From Psammoneis japonica (Eukaryota), in NCBI GenBank assembly GCA_008632985.1, contig QPGO01000009.1:682001-746000 (forward strand): a DNA stretch of 64,000 bases, given 5' to 3'. Positions within the stretch are counted from its first letter, which is position 1. Every line of letters starts with the position of its first letter. Of the stretch, positions 46,514-59,260 are shown one piece after another. The notes under the pieces were generated by a model. It was not told the origin of the DNA and ran no database searches. It saw nothing but the letters and a program-made list of their open reading frames with translations. The position numbers and the translations under genes are program-made.

Positions 46514-46749
46514 GATGCTCTGTCAATGTGAATGTCATCGTCGATTTTCAATTTCAGTGTGAGGCCAGAGGCCAGAGTCGTGAGGCGTGAGGCGTGAGGC
46601 CGCAGGTTAAAGGCTACAATACCGGAGTCAATTGTTAATTTCGAATAAAGGAATTATGAAGATTTCGTATTCGTGTTCCATAAAGAAAAGGTGACCCTCT
46701 CAACAAAACGAAAGTGGTGCAATGCGATACCAACCAAAATCCTCACCCA

Positions 46750-48560
46750 AGAAATGTTGACAGAGTGCCTGATGTTATCCACACTTCCCCAATGCACGGC
46801 AACAAAATGTGCCCAAAACAGCGTGGCTTGTTGGGGCCCTGAAAAAAATTCACAGGGACCAAATCCCACCAAACTGCACACTTGGGCTTGTTGGGGCTGC
46901 GTCATGTCAAGGAACATGGCTGGGCAGGTGAATCTGCCAAACTGCAGAAAAGAGGTGCAACACCTCTTGCAAGATGCCACAGCAGTGATGGAGTCTCACC
47001 ATGCTCCTCTCTCCTGGATCACAGCTGACTCAACTGAAAACACTCTTTGAAGATTTTGAGTGCTTTGCGGGTGCTGCACGCCACCATGGCAGGAGTCCAT
47101 TTCCTTTTTGATGTGTTGCGACATTGCCAGTGCATCAACACCAAAGATCCAAAAGCCCAACCTGCAAAACTGTGCTGGTGCAGTCTGGGCATTTGCATCC
47201 ATCAGACACTCATCTCTCCACTCTTGCTTTTTGTAATGCAACTTTGCTTGCCAAAATTTTGTGCATTTGAAATTGAAACAATTTGATCCTCAAGAGGTTG
47301 TGAGTGCCCCACAGGTGACTGCTGAAGTCAGGCACTTGCATCCACTGCTCTTTTTGTCACAAGTTGGGGAGATGCTCAACAGCTGCAAAACCTTGCCAGC
47401 ATCGTTTGGGCACATGTGCAGCCATCTTGCACACTTGTTTTCTTTGCTTGTTGACACACACCATTGCCAAAGAATCCATTTTGAAACTGGATGAGTTCAC
47501 ATCCCAAGCCATTTCCAACACAGCTGGAACACATGGTGGTGTGCAATTGGAAAGCTTTTTTTGTTGCTTTTCAGTCAGCCCAAAATTGCAGATGTGTCAT
47601 TGTCGAAGCAAGCTGGCACAGCTCAAGCCTCACGACTTTGCTTTTTTAAGTGTCTTGTGGGCATTTGCTGCTGACAGCCACTCACCCATCTTTTCTGCTT
47701 CTTGGCAATGTTGCAAATGAGTCAGATCAAAAAAAATGATGTGACAAGCAAACAACCAGTGGCAGGTCTCTGTGTCCCCTCTTGTGGGCAATTGTCTGGA
47801 ACGACAATTTGCAGCAACTTTCTTGATGCTGGCTGTGTCTAGACCAGCATGTGTTTGGAATGAGACAAACAGAACTCAGCACATGATTGGAGCAACTTGA
47901 CTGCCAATCAAGCTCCATTCAACATCCATCAATTGGCTGCCCTCTTGTGTTGACATGGTGAAACCCCAGTTTTTGGAAAATGCCCAGAAGCACTTGTGCC
48001 AGCAATCCTTTGTTGCCCTGTGCTGCAGTGCCCATCTCCCTGTTTGTCTCATTCAAACAGCTGTAACTTGGCTTGGAGCAGAAAAAGAAAATCATCCCAG
48101 CTTGCATTGCCAGTCTCCTTGTTTGTGTTCTCCAAGCCCCTTGTCTGCCAACCCCAGCAACTGGAGATGGGTTTTGACACCATGTTTGTGAGAAGAATCT
48201 GCAATTTCAAAACCAAGGCCATGACAACTCTCTGCATTGTTGTTGTTCCTTGAAGCTCCCTGTGCATGGCACAACACAAGAAATCATGGAGTTTTTGCCC
48301 TGCAGACCCCTCACAGAGTTGCGGGTTGGAGCAAAGCTGCACTTTCGGTGAATCAGACAACAAGTTCCTCTGGATGGCCACTTTTTGTCTCTGTCAAGTG
48401 TGCATGCCATTGGGGCAAGGTGAGCTGTGATGGAATGCATCTCTCTCCAGAATGACACTTGTGCGTGCTTGGCAGCCAGGGCCAGGTGAGTTGTGATGAT
48501 GGACTGCCGGTGGCCCTGCTGCACGCTGCACCTTTTGCCACTTGCGCACGTGCGGCACAC
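46750..48560. other. TpA/CpG-depleted domain, content unidentified
   Basis: Near-absence of TA and CG, with an abrupt return to normal composition near 48580. Confidence 0.75.
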
Positions 48561-48775
48561 ACAAGAGAGTCTTGCTGTTTACCTCTTGCGACAGTCGAAT
48601 GTAAAGAGAGGAAGTTGTCGTTATCTTGATACTTCTCATAGTTGTAGATTCCTTCACAAGAGTAGTTTCCCCCTTGAATCAAAAAATTACCCCGTTCCTC
48701 CATTCAAAGTTTAATCATACAACAACCACAACACGACTTTACAAAAGCCACTAATTTCAACAAAACACGCGCTAG

Positions 48776-49278
48776 CTATACTACTGCTACTACTACTACT
48801 GCTGGTCTCCAAAAGACCTTTTTGTATTGTCCTCCTTGCAAATACGCCACTGGCTTTTGTCCACCTGCCATGAACCATTTGTTCATTTCCACCACTGCCA
48901 CTCCACCCTTGCGTACTTTCTTGACGATGCCCTGTCCATACACACTGCTAATGGTATCCCCACACGCGCCCACGCACTGCTCATGGCCACCATATCCTTG
49001 GCATCCGCTTCATTGGCTTGACCAATTGCATTTTTGCGACAATCCAATGCCATCCAATATGCCGTACACAACCTTTTCCAAAACAATGTGTAAAAATGCA
49101 ACACAGGCGTCAAACTGGAATCCATAATTTGTTGACAAATTTGTACACCAAACTCCACGTCAAACGTTTTGCAGCCATCGTCTTGGAGCGAGTCCATCTT
49201 GTCATTGAGCCACGTGGGCACGCGTGTTTTGTAAAATTTCGTCCTTATCGAAAATCCCGGATAAGCGATGATGCACAT
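48776..49278 (-). pseudogene. Fragment of a hypothetical gene (SVYGQG.V..VR...VVEM..W.MAGGQ...AYL)
   Basis: Protein-like motif in 48776..48973; the upstream frame is interrupted. Confidence 0.35.
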
Positions 49279-49325
49279 GAGACCGAGAACAATGGGGAGC
49301 CGCTAACAGCAATTTTGTAAGATCT

Positions 49326-50878
49326 GAACAAAGTATTCGTGACCTTTGTCACTCTTCCCGCTGACTGGTATGTTTTGGAGACACTCTGTTGGGTACGAAT
49401 GGCTGAGCGGAGGGTACTGAGAAGGGTAGGAGGGATCTGCGTTCTGTGACTCAAGGAATCAACTGCCCTGACCATACCATAACGTTCGCTCCCAACGCAA
49501 CGTGACTGGCGCAATCACCGCTGCAAGTCCCAGGCGAAGCTGCTCTGTCGCCTTCTTGCAACTGCGAGAACTTAGCTGTTGCGCTGCTGGTGGTCTATTG
49601 TTGACATCGCTGTCCCGACGTTTATTACACCTCGGCACACTGCGACGACGTTTTTTAATGCCGTTGTTGGTACAAGAGATTCTAGGGATGCCTTGAATAA
49701 TTTCATGTATGTGTGCTCACCTCGTAACGCTTGACAAAATTGTCGTACTTTCCAAATAATGCATGTGTAAGGTGGGGACACCACCGGTCGTAACAAACAA
49801 TGTTTCTGGTTGACATTCACAGAGAGAGACTACGTTTCTTTGCCTTCTTCTGCTTTCTTAACGATCCTTCTCAGCGTCTCAACGTAGTAGTGGCCTATTT
49901 CTTCTTCAACCTGAGCACTTAAGGCGGCTTCAAACGACGAACGACAACACCATGAAATTATTCTGGAGAAAGGATCTGATGGTAGAAACGCGATGGTCCA
50001 ACCAATTGTGCACGAAGATCTTTTACTGTCACTGGAAGTCTCAGTAGGTTGAATGGTGAATGTGAATGTTTGGCATCCCAGAGGCGTCCATTTACTGGAT
50101 TCCATCATTTCTACGCCAGCATTCACCGAGTAGTACGGCTCCTCATCGATTTGTGTAATTGTTTTGCGCAAAACAATTTCACCACCTCGAAAGGTGCGCC
50201 GTTCATCCCAACAAGCCCCAACAGTCGATGGCTCACCCCTCACAAACTCGACCGATAGCAGGTGTGGAACAAACTCAGGTGCGGAAGTTATGTCTCGGAA
50301 CGTGGCTCTTGCCATCTCTGGAGTAACATCTGGAAATTCAAAAGATCCGCTAACGATGAATTCTCGACATGTTGAAGCGAGAGGTCCCATTGTAGTTTCG
50401 AGTAAATTTGCTCGTTAATTTGCAGCTGTTCCAAACGACAATAGTTCTGCTGCTTTTTGGTGCTGCAGTTTGGCAAAGCGACGGTTTTAATGTAAGGATT
50501 GCAGCAGTGACTCATGTAAAGCATCAAGCACCAATTAGTCCGTTAAGCAATCTGCTCGTGTCCAGATGAACAACAAAGGCTGCGTACAGTTCTTTTCTCT
50601 ATGGATATTGTGCGTAGATCAGCAGAACACGTCCGGGTCGTCAAGGTCCGAAAATTCCATGTGCATGAACATGAACCAGGTGTGATATATCCATAGTAGT
50701 TAGAATAACTGAGAGCAAGACAAGACCTGAATGGTTCCAACGTGTTGTCTTCATCGTCACCGACAAAAGAGTGTGGTTACCTTGTGGTTGCCACTGCTCT
50801 GACAAGCTGTAATTACACCATTTCGCGCAGCAGTGCAGAAACTCCGACGTGTCCGCGCCCAACGCAAAACAACCCGTG
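49326..50878 (+). repeat. Segmental duplication, copy 1 (copy 2 at 61829-63368)
   Basis: About 1.55 kb colinear and highly similar, starting gaacaaagtattcgtgacc and ending cgcaaaacaac.cgtg. Confidence 0.95.
49830..50390 (-). CDS. SRPBCC/START-like (polyketide cyclase) domain protein
   Basis: 186 aa; P.LLSVE...VGA.W.E.R.F.G pattern and a C-terminal helix. Confidence 0.75.
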   Translation of the reverse strand: MGPLASTCREFIVSGSFEFPDVTPEMARATFRDITSAPEFVPHLLSVEFVRGEPSTVGACWDERRTFRGGEIVLRKTITQIDEEPYYSVNAGVEMMESSKWTPLGCQTFTFTIQPTETSSDSKRSSCTIGWTIAFLPSDPFSRIISWCCRSSFEAALSAQVEEEIGHYYVETLRRIVKKAEEGKET

Positions 50879-50949
50879 ACAATGCGTGAAACACCGTCGG
50901 CATTTTGTGACGATGGCGCCACCCTTTGCCACACTTTATGTCGCTGCAA

Positions 50950-53900
50950 TAGACCCACATGTCTGACAGGTGATGTTGTTTCAATTGAAGCAAGTGCGTT
51001 GAAGATGAAGTCCAAGTCAAAAGCTGTGTTGTCATCACAACTTGCTCACAGGAGCTAAATTCAGTCGCTGGACCAATCAAATTGTTGGATGCAGACACAA
51101 AAAGTTGGGATTTGGTGATTTGAAGACTCCTCTGGGTGGATGCTCCTTCGTGCATGATTGTTCTGACATGCCCTTTTGCTGGCAGCAGTGGGTTGCAAAT
51201 GACTGCTGAGTTGAGTGCCATTGGTGAATCAAGGGTGACACTGCCATGACTCATTCACCATTTCTTGAATGTGCACGGACGCAAGGATGGCATCTGCGCA
51301 TGAGAGAATCTGAGAAATGGGAAGCAAAGCCAGAAGACAAAAGTCAGGTGAAAGCTGGGCATGTGAAAAAAACATTGTCTTTGCTGTGTTTTTGTTTGGG
51401 TGCTGCTCACACTCCCTCTCCAATGAAGAAAGAGTGCCAATGATGTGATCACAGGAATCAGTTTCATCTTCAGCTCAATGTTGACAGCAAAGATTTGTGG
51501 GATGTGGCACCACAGCTGGCAAGAGGACAATGTTTGCACTGCAAACACAGTGATGCTGCAAAACAAAAGTCTGTCATGACAAGCATTCTGGCCAATCATT
51601 CAACAATGCTGCCTTCATTCTCAGGTGCAATGCCTTGATCACTCAGCCTGAGCTTCTGCTCTCTTCTTTGCTTTGCGCCATTGTGAGTTGAGAGCAAATC
51701 ACTCCATCTGAGCCACCCTCTGCTGACAGACAGAGAAGTTGAAGTTTTGCCCTCCTGCGCACCACAAGTTCAATCTCTTTGTCACTCACATCCAACTTTG
51801 CTTTCTGCTGGCATGTCTGCCACACAGCAATTTGCTCAACAGACTGTGTTGCCCAGCTCAAGATCCCACTCATGAGATGGATGAGTTGTGTGCTCAATTT
51901 CTCTCAAGCACGAGCCATTTGTGGCCCTTCCATTGCCTCAAACATTCATGCCACAATGCCAAATGTTCTGTGTTTAAACCACATGATTCACCAGATTTGT
52001 TTTCATTCACCAGCTTTGGTCAGCAAAAAACAACCATGGCCACAATGCTGCTGAACAAAAGCAAACACACTGCGTGTGACACAAAAAAGCTGCTGGGATG
52101 TCAAAGTGGCAGAGACAGAGAACAAATCTGAGTGAAAGCACAAATGGGAACAATGTGAGCACACCAAAAGCAAAAAGTGGCAGAGTCAAAGATGGTGGGC
52201 ACCACCATGTTGTCAGATGTGATCCCACCATGCTTTGCCATGCTTTTTTTTGTTAAAGGTCAGAGGCAGGAGTTGGAAAGCACCCCAAATTTCTGCATGG
52301 CTTTGGATGCAAAATGGCGCCAAATGGAAATTTCCCTTCAGAAGTGAACAAAGGTGCTTCACATGCAAAAAGTGATGAGTGTTCAGCAATTTGCAGCAAT
52401 GAACATCAACACATGAGGTGTGTGATGGGAAGGATGTCTGAGGTTGAGGGCCCAAGGTCTGATGCTGCAAGATGAGGTTGGGCTCTCACTTTGTGATGCT
52501 GGTTGAGGCTGCCAGTGCTCTCTGGCAGCAAGCAGAGAGACAGACTCTGCCTGGCACAGCACTGTGCTCAAATGCATCAGCAGGCATGTGTTTCCCAGTT
52601 GATGACCAGCTGACAGACCAGTGACTGACAACTGCTTTTGTCGCACACTTCTGTCATCAGTTTGTTTTGCTGAGAATGGCTGGGCATGACTGAGCACAAC
52701 CAATGCTTGCCAGCTCCTGTGTGCTTTCAATGATTGCCTCTTCCTGCACATGTGATCAACACCTGCCAGTTCACACTGCATGTGCATGTGAAAACACAAG
52801 AACATGTGAGGCAAAAAATGACCCACTCTCAACAAAATCTGGAGACATCAATTTCTTGACATTCATTTCACACTCACATTGCACTGCCATGCCTGTGACA
52901 CAGCAACATCCATCAGCTTACCATGAATGTGAGCTCCACATTTTGTGCACTCTCACAAATGAAGCAACTGCATCTCTCACAGAAAAATTGTGTGGGATCC
53001 CTGGAAAAAAGCAAAGCATTGTGCTGCTGGAGAGCACAGTAAAAAAGAAACATTGTGCAGCTCAAGCTGAGCATGCAAAGGCCACACAGTGAGAAGAAGC
53101 TTCCCTCTGCCAACACTGTGGTGCTTTAAAAAAAATGCTTTTCTTGTTGTTTGTTGTGCTGCAGAAGAAGAGCGAGAGCCAAAGGAGCTGGTGTCCAGAG
53201 AGCTTTTGCATGGGGGTGGGGCAGAGATTTGCTTGACTGGGTGGTTGCTGATGCTCTCACCCTCTTGTCAGCAAGCTCAGCCACCACAAGCTTTCTCAGA
53301 ACATTCTTTGTGGTGCTGAGAGAAAGCAAACCAGCCAGCCAGAATCTCCTGCACTGCTGGGCTAGAGAGTGCTTCAACAACCACTGGGCTTTCCAGCAAA
53401 GACATGACTTTGCACATGCATCACCAACAAGGCAACTCAAGTGCACAGTGCTCTGTCCACCACAAAGACATGTTGCAAAATTCTAATTTGACAAGCAGTG
53501 TGGTGGCGAAGCAGGTTGTTGCACTCTGGTGGTGCATGGCAGCAAATGTTCTTGAGAGCACTGCCCATTGGCACAGGCAACTCCAGGAGTGCCTCACACA
53601 ACTTCTTGGCTTTGGTTCTCTGCCTCATGACACCTTGCCAGCCTCTCAAACTGAAATTGTGCAAGGTGGGAACCCACATTGCAGGCAGAGCCTGTGCATC
53701 TTTTTGCCATCTTGTGTTTTCTCAGCGGACTGCCTCAGTGCCTCTGTGCAGTGATGGCCCATTTCTTCTTCAACATGAGCAATCAAGGTGGCCTCAAAAG
53801 ACAAATGACAACAACATGAGGTCCCTTCTGAGAGCTTGTCTGATGACAGAAACACACTGCCCCAGCTGGATTTTTAACAGCAGGCAGAGCTGTGAATGCA

Positions 53901-56900
53901 AGCATTTGGCTTCACAGTGGCAAGCACTTGCCAGATTGTGTCACTTCTTTCTTTTTGCTCAAGCACTGGCAGAGCAGCATGGTTTCCCTTCCATTTGTGC
54001 AGCTGTTTTGTGCTCTGCTGTCTTCTTGCCAAAAAAGATGTGTCTTTCACCCCAACATGCTCTGACTGTGGACTCAGTTTTTTGCCAAATCACAATTTTT
54101 TTGCTGCCAGACCCACCATCAAGAATGGCGGGCATGTCACTGTGTGATGCATGCACAAAACAGCACCCTCACTGACTCAACAAGCATGGCTCCATTTCAG
54201 CATGAGTTTGCAAATGTTGCAGATGAAAACCACCAAACCACATCACCATGGCAACTTTGTGGTCACTTTTTCTCAACAACATCACCTTCAAGTGCTGCAG
54301 CAATCAACAGCACATTGCACCTCTGCCTGAACTCACTTGAGATTGCCAAATGTTGACTCGTGCATTTCAGTTGATTTCTCTGCAATCAAATGACTTCAAT
54401 GCACAGCAAGGCATGCACACACATGACACAAATTGTGTGCCATTGAAATTTGTCAGTTTCATGGTGAGTTTGTTGTTGTTGATGGAGTGTGTTGCATTTG
54501 TGGCTGCAATTGTTTTGAGGCAGTTCACAAACTTTTGGTGTTTGTGTGTGACCTTTGACACACAACAAATTAAAAATGTACGAGAGTTGACAGAGGGCCC
54601 CCATCCATCATGGACTTGCAGCTTGCTGTTTTCACCATGGTGAAGCATGGTGGAATTCAAAAAAATCATGCAAATCACATGCTGTTGGGCCAAAAAATTT
54701 TAAGCTGAAAACAGCAGCAAACAACCCCTCTCAATGCACAAATGCTGACATTTGGATTGCTGCCAGCAAAAAAAAATTGATGTTTGGCAAAAGAAAAACA
54801 GCAGGTTGGGACTTTGGGTGGCTGGCTCCCCACAAATTCAACTGAGACAAGGTGCAGACAAACTCTGGTGTGGGTGCAATCCATGTGACAGAAAGTTGCT
54901 CTTGCTGTCTCTGGAGCAATGTCTGGAAATTCAAGAGATTTTCCAAAGATGAAGCGGCAGTGTGGGCTGTCAAAACGGTTGTGCCACAACTTCAAGCAGA
55001 GTCACATGAGCTGCTTTTTGGTGGTTTGGCATGAAACAAGGCAGAGCTTTGGTCTGTGGTGATGCTGTGCATGCCAGTCCAAAGTCTGCACAGCACATCA
55101 GGAGGAAACACTCTGTCCTCACTTCTTGTTGCCACACCCACCAAGGGCTTGCAAGACTGCACCAGGGTGCAAATGCAAGCTGTGCAGAGCCTGTGCTGCC
55201 ATGCATGGCTGCAAGTGCTCAAGCAATCTTGACTGCACAAACAGCATGCAACATGGCACAAATTGGATGTGTGCAAAGAGCAAAAGTTCTGGCTTTTGTT
55301 GTGGTTTGTGCAGCATGCATGCACAAGCTCCACAAGACACTTGTCTTCCTCCACCTGTCAGAGGAACTTTTGCTCATGTGCAGTGTTGACATTGAGAGTT
55401 CATCACATCAGAAGCCTGAGGTGGGCTTCTGCAAAACCCAGCACAAACTGCACTGGTGCTCACACTGTGCATTGCAGCACAAATCCTTGGCACCCACCCC
55501 ATCACCCAGCCATCAACCAGCACCGTGACCAAGTTTTGTGCTGAATGTTTGTCTGGCAATGGCTGGGTGTAGATTTTCAGAGTGGTGCAGCTCTTCTCTG
55601 GAGGGGATGGTTTGGCTGCCTTTTGGTCTCACTGGGGGGTTGCATTGCTCACATGGGGGGCAAAATCTCTCTTTGCCCCACCGGGATTTTGTGCAGGTTC
55701 TGTCATGTGAGTCAAAGAGGAGAGAAGAGAGACACAAACTTCTGGAGGAGGAGAAAGAGCCAGAGAGAAGGGAGGGGGGGTTCTCATCCACACTTGGCCC
55801 TGGTGACACAAACTCACATCACAGCAGCAACGACAGCAAAACTGAACTAAACTGTGAGCTGGCAATGAAAACACCTCCTGGTCTGGTTGTTTGGCTGGCT
55901 CTGCTGCTGAAAAGAGGGAATGCAGCCACCAGTGCTTGTGCCAAGGAGAACAATGAAGAGGCCAGATGCCATGGCACACTCCTGCTCACCAGGAAACTGT
56001 CAACAAATGCTTCAAGAGCTGCAGAGTGCTGAGCAAGAGAAATTCCAAAATGCCACCTGGCCAAGCATGCCAGCATCTTTTGGCTCTGCAGCTGTCCATC
56101 CAGTGTGAGCAGTTGGGTGTTGTTGATGTTGCAGTGCTCTGGCTTGGTTTTTGTTGGACAGTCTGCTGTGAACTTCTCTGGCAAACTCTCTCTGTGTTTG
56201 ACAAAACCCAAGATCATCAAGCAGTGGCAAGCATGTCTCACACAGCAAACAATGACTGGAGCACAGGCAGGTCTGTCATGCAATGAGAGTGACTGTGTCA
56301 TGTGCAGCACACCTTTCTGCATTTGCTGCTGATTCTGCTGTGCATTTTCACAATGATGTGGTCAACATGTTGCAGCTCTTGTTGCAGCAGCTTCATGATC
56401 TCCTGCAGCATTTGTTGCACTGAGAGCAGACTGGGGAACAGCCACCCAGCTGCAGCTAAAAACAACAGCTGGGCTCTCCACACTCAAGGGTTGCCAGCTC
56501 TCTCAGCCAAAGCTGGAGAACTGTGCTGTTGTGTGAATGCCATTTTGGGAGTGGGGGTGAGTGTTGGCAAAAAGGACTCATCCACAAAATCTGTTTGGGA
56601 GCTCCATCTCATCCTGTCATCTCTTGAGGCTTGGTTTCATGATCTACACTGGTTTGTGAGTTGGCTGTCCATCCCATGCTTCATCTGCTGTGGAGAGCTC
56701 AGTCAGACATTGGCTGCTGCCAGTTGTTCAATGGTCAATTTTTTGCCCTTTGGAGCACCTTTCAGGAGCTGCATCTCAGAGAGACTGGCCTTCTGGAACA
56801 ACACAAAAAGGGAAACTGTCCTCCCATGGTTTGGACAGTGTAGATCAGATCATGCATTTGGACTTCATGGTGGGAATTGTGGGAAGAGCACAACAAGGCA

Positions 56901-57240
56901 ATGCATTGCATGGTGTGGACTCACTGAAAGCATCCCAATGTCGGTGGACAGAAGCTGAACTTGCAGCCATCCATGACAAATGCCAAGAACACCTGGCAAA
57001 GGACAGAGAGGCTTTGTCAGATTTCCTTGAAGATCCCATGTCCAGCTCTGCATCCAGGGCTCAGAATTGGGTCACCATGGTCAATCCACATGATCCAAAG
57101 GAAAGCATCAAGAAAGTGAAGAGCCCCACACTTCACAGCACTCCCACAGTCACCAGCTGTGGATTCACTCGCAAGAAGGTTCAAGCTACCTGCATCATCT
57201 ACACAATTTGTCCACAACATTCACGTGTGTTTTGAAATGA
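50950..57240. other. 6.3-kb TpA/CpG-depleted domain with decayed gene relics
   Basis: TA and CG both nearly absent; contains an SRPBCC paralog relic and weak LRR- and PPR-like traces. Confidence 0.85.
54810..54990 (-). pseudogene. Hypermutated SRPBCC paralog fragment
   Basis: FIFGKSLEFPDIAPETARATF...HLVSVEFVGSQPPKV aligns to FIVSGSFEFPDVTPEMARATF...HLLSVEFVRGEPSTV (49830..50390). Confidence 0.75.
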
Positions 57241-57307
57241 AAAGGAGATAGCCAGAATGCTACAACATATCCGTCTTGCTGACTAACAACCGCCTCTTAC
57301 GGTAGAA

Positions 57308-57724
57308 GTGCGCATGTGTGAGCTAGCAGCGGCAAGTAGTAAACACTTTATTATTACTAGGTCAATGGATGAATATGCGGTTCTTAGACGTGTTTTAGCC
57401 AATCGTCAACCATACGGTATGCTAATCGCAAGGAAGGGTTGGCCTTACAATTACGTTTTGAGCTGTGCCGCCAATGCTATTGGTAACAAGGAGGACAAGA
57501 TCGTCGCTTTCCAGGAGGCTACAACGACCTATCAAGAGTTGCGTAGCTCGAAAACTCTTTCGCCAGACAGTTTTACGTATGGCTTTTGGATAAAAGCGTG
57601 CAACAACCTTCTGCCTACTAGCGGCGACCTACATGCTAAATGTGTGGGCTTGGCATTTGAACAATGCAAACAAGATGGTCTCGTCAGGATGAGGTCTTGT
57701 ATCGACTGCAGTCTGGTGGACTAA
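57308..57724 (+). pseudogene. PPR-protein C-terminal fragment
   Basis: YNYVLSCAA..AF..A..TY.EL..SPDSFTYGFWIKAC..AFEQCKQDGLV, then a frameshift. Confidence 0.7.
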
Positions 57725-58639
57725 ATTCTGAAGCGATATGTTCATTGCTAAATACGACGGTGGGTTACCGACATGCCAAACAAGAAGATTTACCAGAAAG
57801 CTGGAGCCGAAACACAAGACGCAAAAAAGCTGGAGCCTAAACACGAGACTCAAAAAAACTAGATGACGACATAGCGATCTAGCGCAAGGTTGGAAGTCTT
57901 TACTAGGCTAAGAAGTCGGACGCAGTGTACCTCGATAGGCGGGCTTACCGGGCTCTTTGCTCGGAACGAGAATTCACTGCAGAAACGGAAATGAGGCACT
58001 GTTCAAAACGTCGCGCTACCACAAGTACTACGAAGAGTCATGTCATCGTTGAATTCAGGGAAGTTCTGGTCCACAACATGCACGTGTGTTTTGCAACGAA
58101 AAGGAGATATGTGCGAGCTAGCAGTAGAACTAAGGTATTGTATAGAATTGCAAGTGGACGTTTTAGGAACTAAATTTTCTATTCCTTTTATGTGATACGT
58201 GTTTTTATTGTCTCTCTAGAGAGGTATGATTTGTTTTTTTATCAATGGGAGCCTTGTGAAAATCTTGCCCCCAATGAATGCTCTATTCTCTTCCGTCAAT
58301 GTTTCAACAACAAGCTTGACTTCCGAAGCGACACGACTTACATGATAGCAATGCGAGCCTGAAATAGAGTGTGGTCAATGAATTCTCTTTCGTCAATGTT
58401 GCCTCTCTGTTTCAACGTGACGTCCGAAACGGCCTCGGCTTACAGTACTGCGAGCCTGAATTCTTGAGCTGTAAAAGCGAACCGAATGGTGGCATTTCTC
58501 TGATAGATTGCAAAGTTCTTGGACCGACTGTGTCATCAACATTCCGAGTACTAGCCTTCATATGGTCTGACATGGTCACCGGATGTCATAAACACCTCTT
58601 TGGAAGGACTTGTTGGTGGAACAGGTGGGGGCATCTGGT

Positions 58640-59260
58640 GAGTTTTAGCTACTGCTTCGAGACTACCACACATGTAGCCCTACTAGGCAACCCCACGACT
58701 GACGTAATGCCCCCATTGGTGAAGACGTTGGCGAGTGTTGCGCTACTGCTTCGTGACTATCGGTAAAGGCTGATTGCCCGGTCCGCCGATGCCCTATTAG
58801 GTAGCCCCGTCTAACGTCCACCTTGCCTTTGCGGCAAAATTCGTTCTTCTCCCAACCAATGGACATGCGTGCGAGTTGTTGTGCCACTGCTTCGTGACTA
58901 TGAATAATTGACGAGAGACTGAAGCCTTCACGTCTACTCATGCCCTAATAGGCGGCCCCGCAATCTAACATTCCGTACTGTGAATTCGTGTGCGAGTTCG
59001 CGTTACTGCTTCGAGTCTGGATAATTGACAAGAGGCCGTCTCGGGTTGCGAGACTGAGTGCCACGTCTATCCAAGTCCTAATGAGTAACCCCGCTTCCAC
59101 GTTCACGCCGCCCCATGGCAGCAAAAGCCACAACAAGTCAAGTACGAGATTTTGCTACTGCTTCGGGTAGAGCAATTGACAAGAGGCCGTCTCTTATTCC
59201 AACGTTGTTGGGAGACTGAGTGCCACGTCTGCTCAGTCCTAATGGGTAGCCTCGCATTGC
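58640..59260 (-). repeat. Five degenerate ~95-150-bp tandem units, possibly an ankyrin-repeat relic
   Basis: Recurrent (c/t)actgcttcg core near 58649, 58743, 58884, 59003 and 59155; minus-strand SHEAVAQ and KGKVDV resemble ankyrin GHEAVV motifs. Confidence 0.5.

Noticed and set aside
50950..57240. Dense overlapping C/H/Q/W-rich ORFs in all six frames (also at 5.5-7, 14.5-16.8, 34-40 and 46.7-48.5 kb)
   Set aside because: By-product of TA loss, which removes TAA/TAG stops and Tyr codons; no coherent protein motifs.
58640..59260. Possible CRISPR-like array
   Set aside because: Repeats are degenerate, spacing is irregular, spacers are related to each other, there are no cas genes and the context is eukaryotic.
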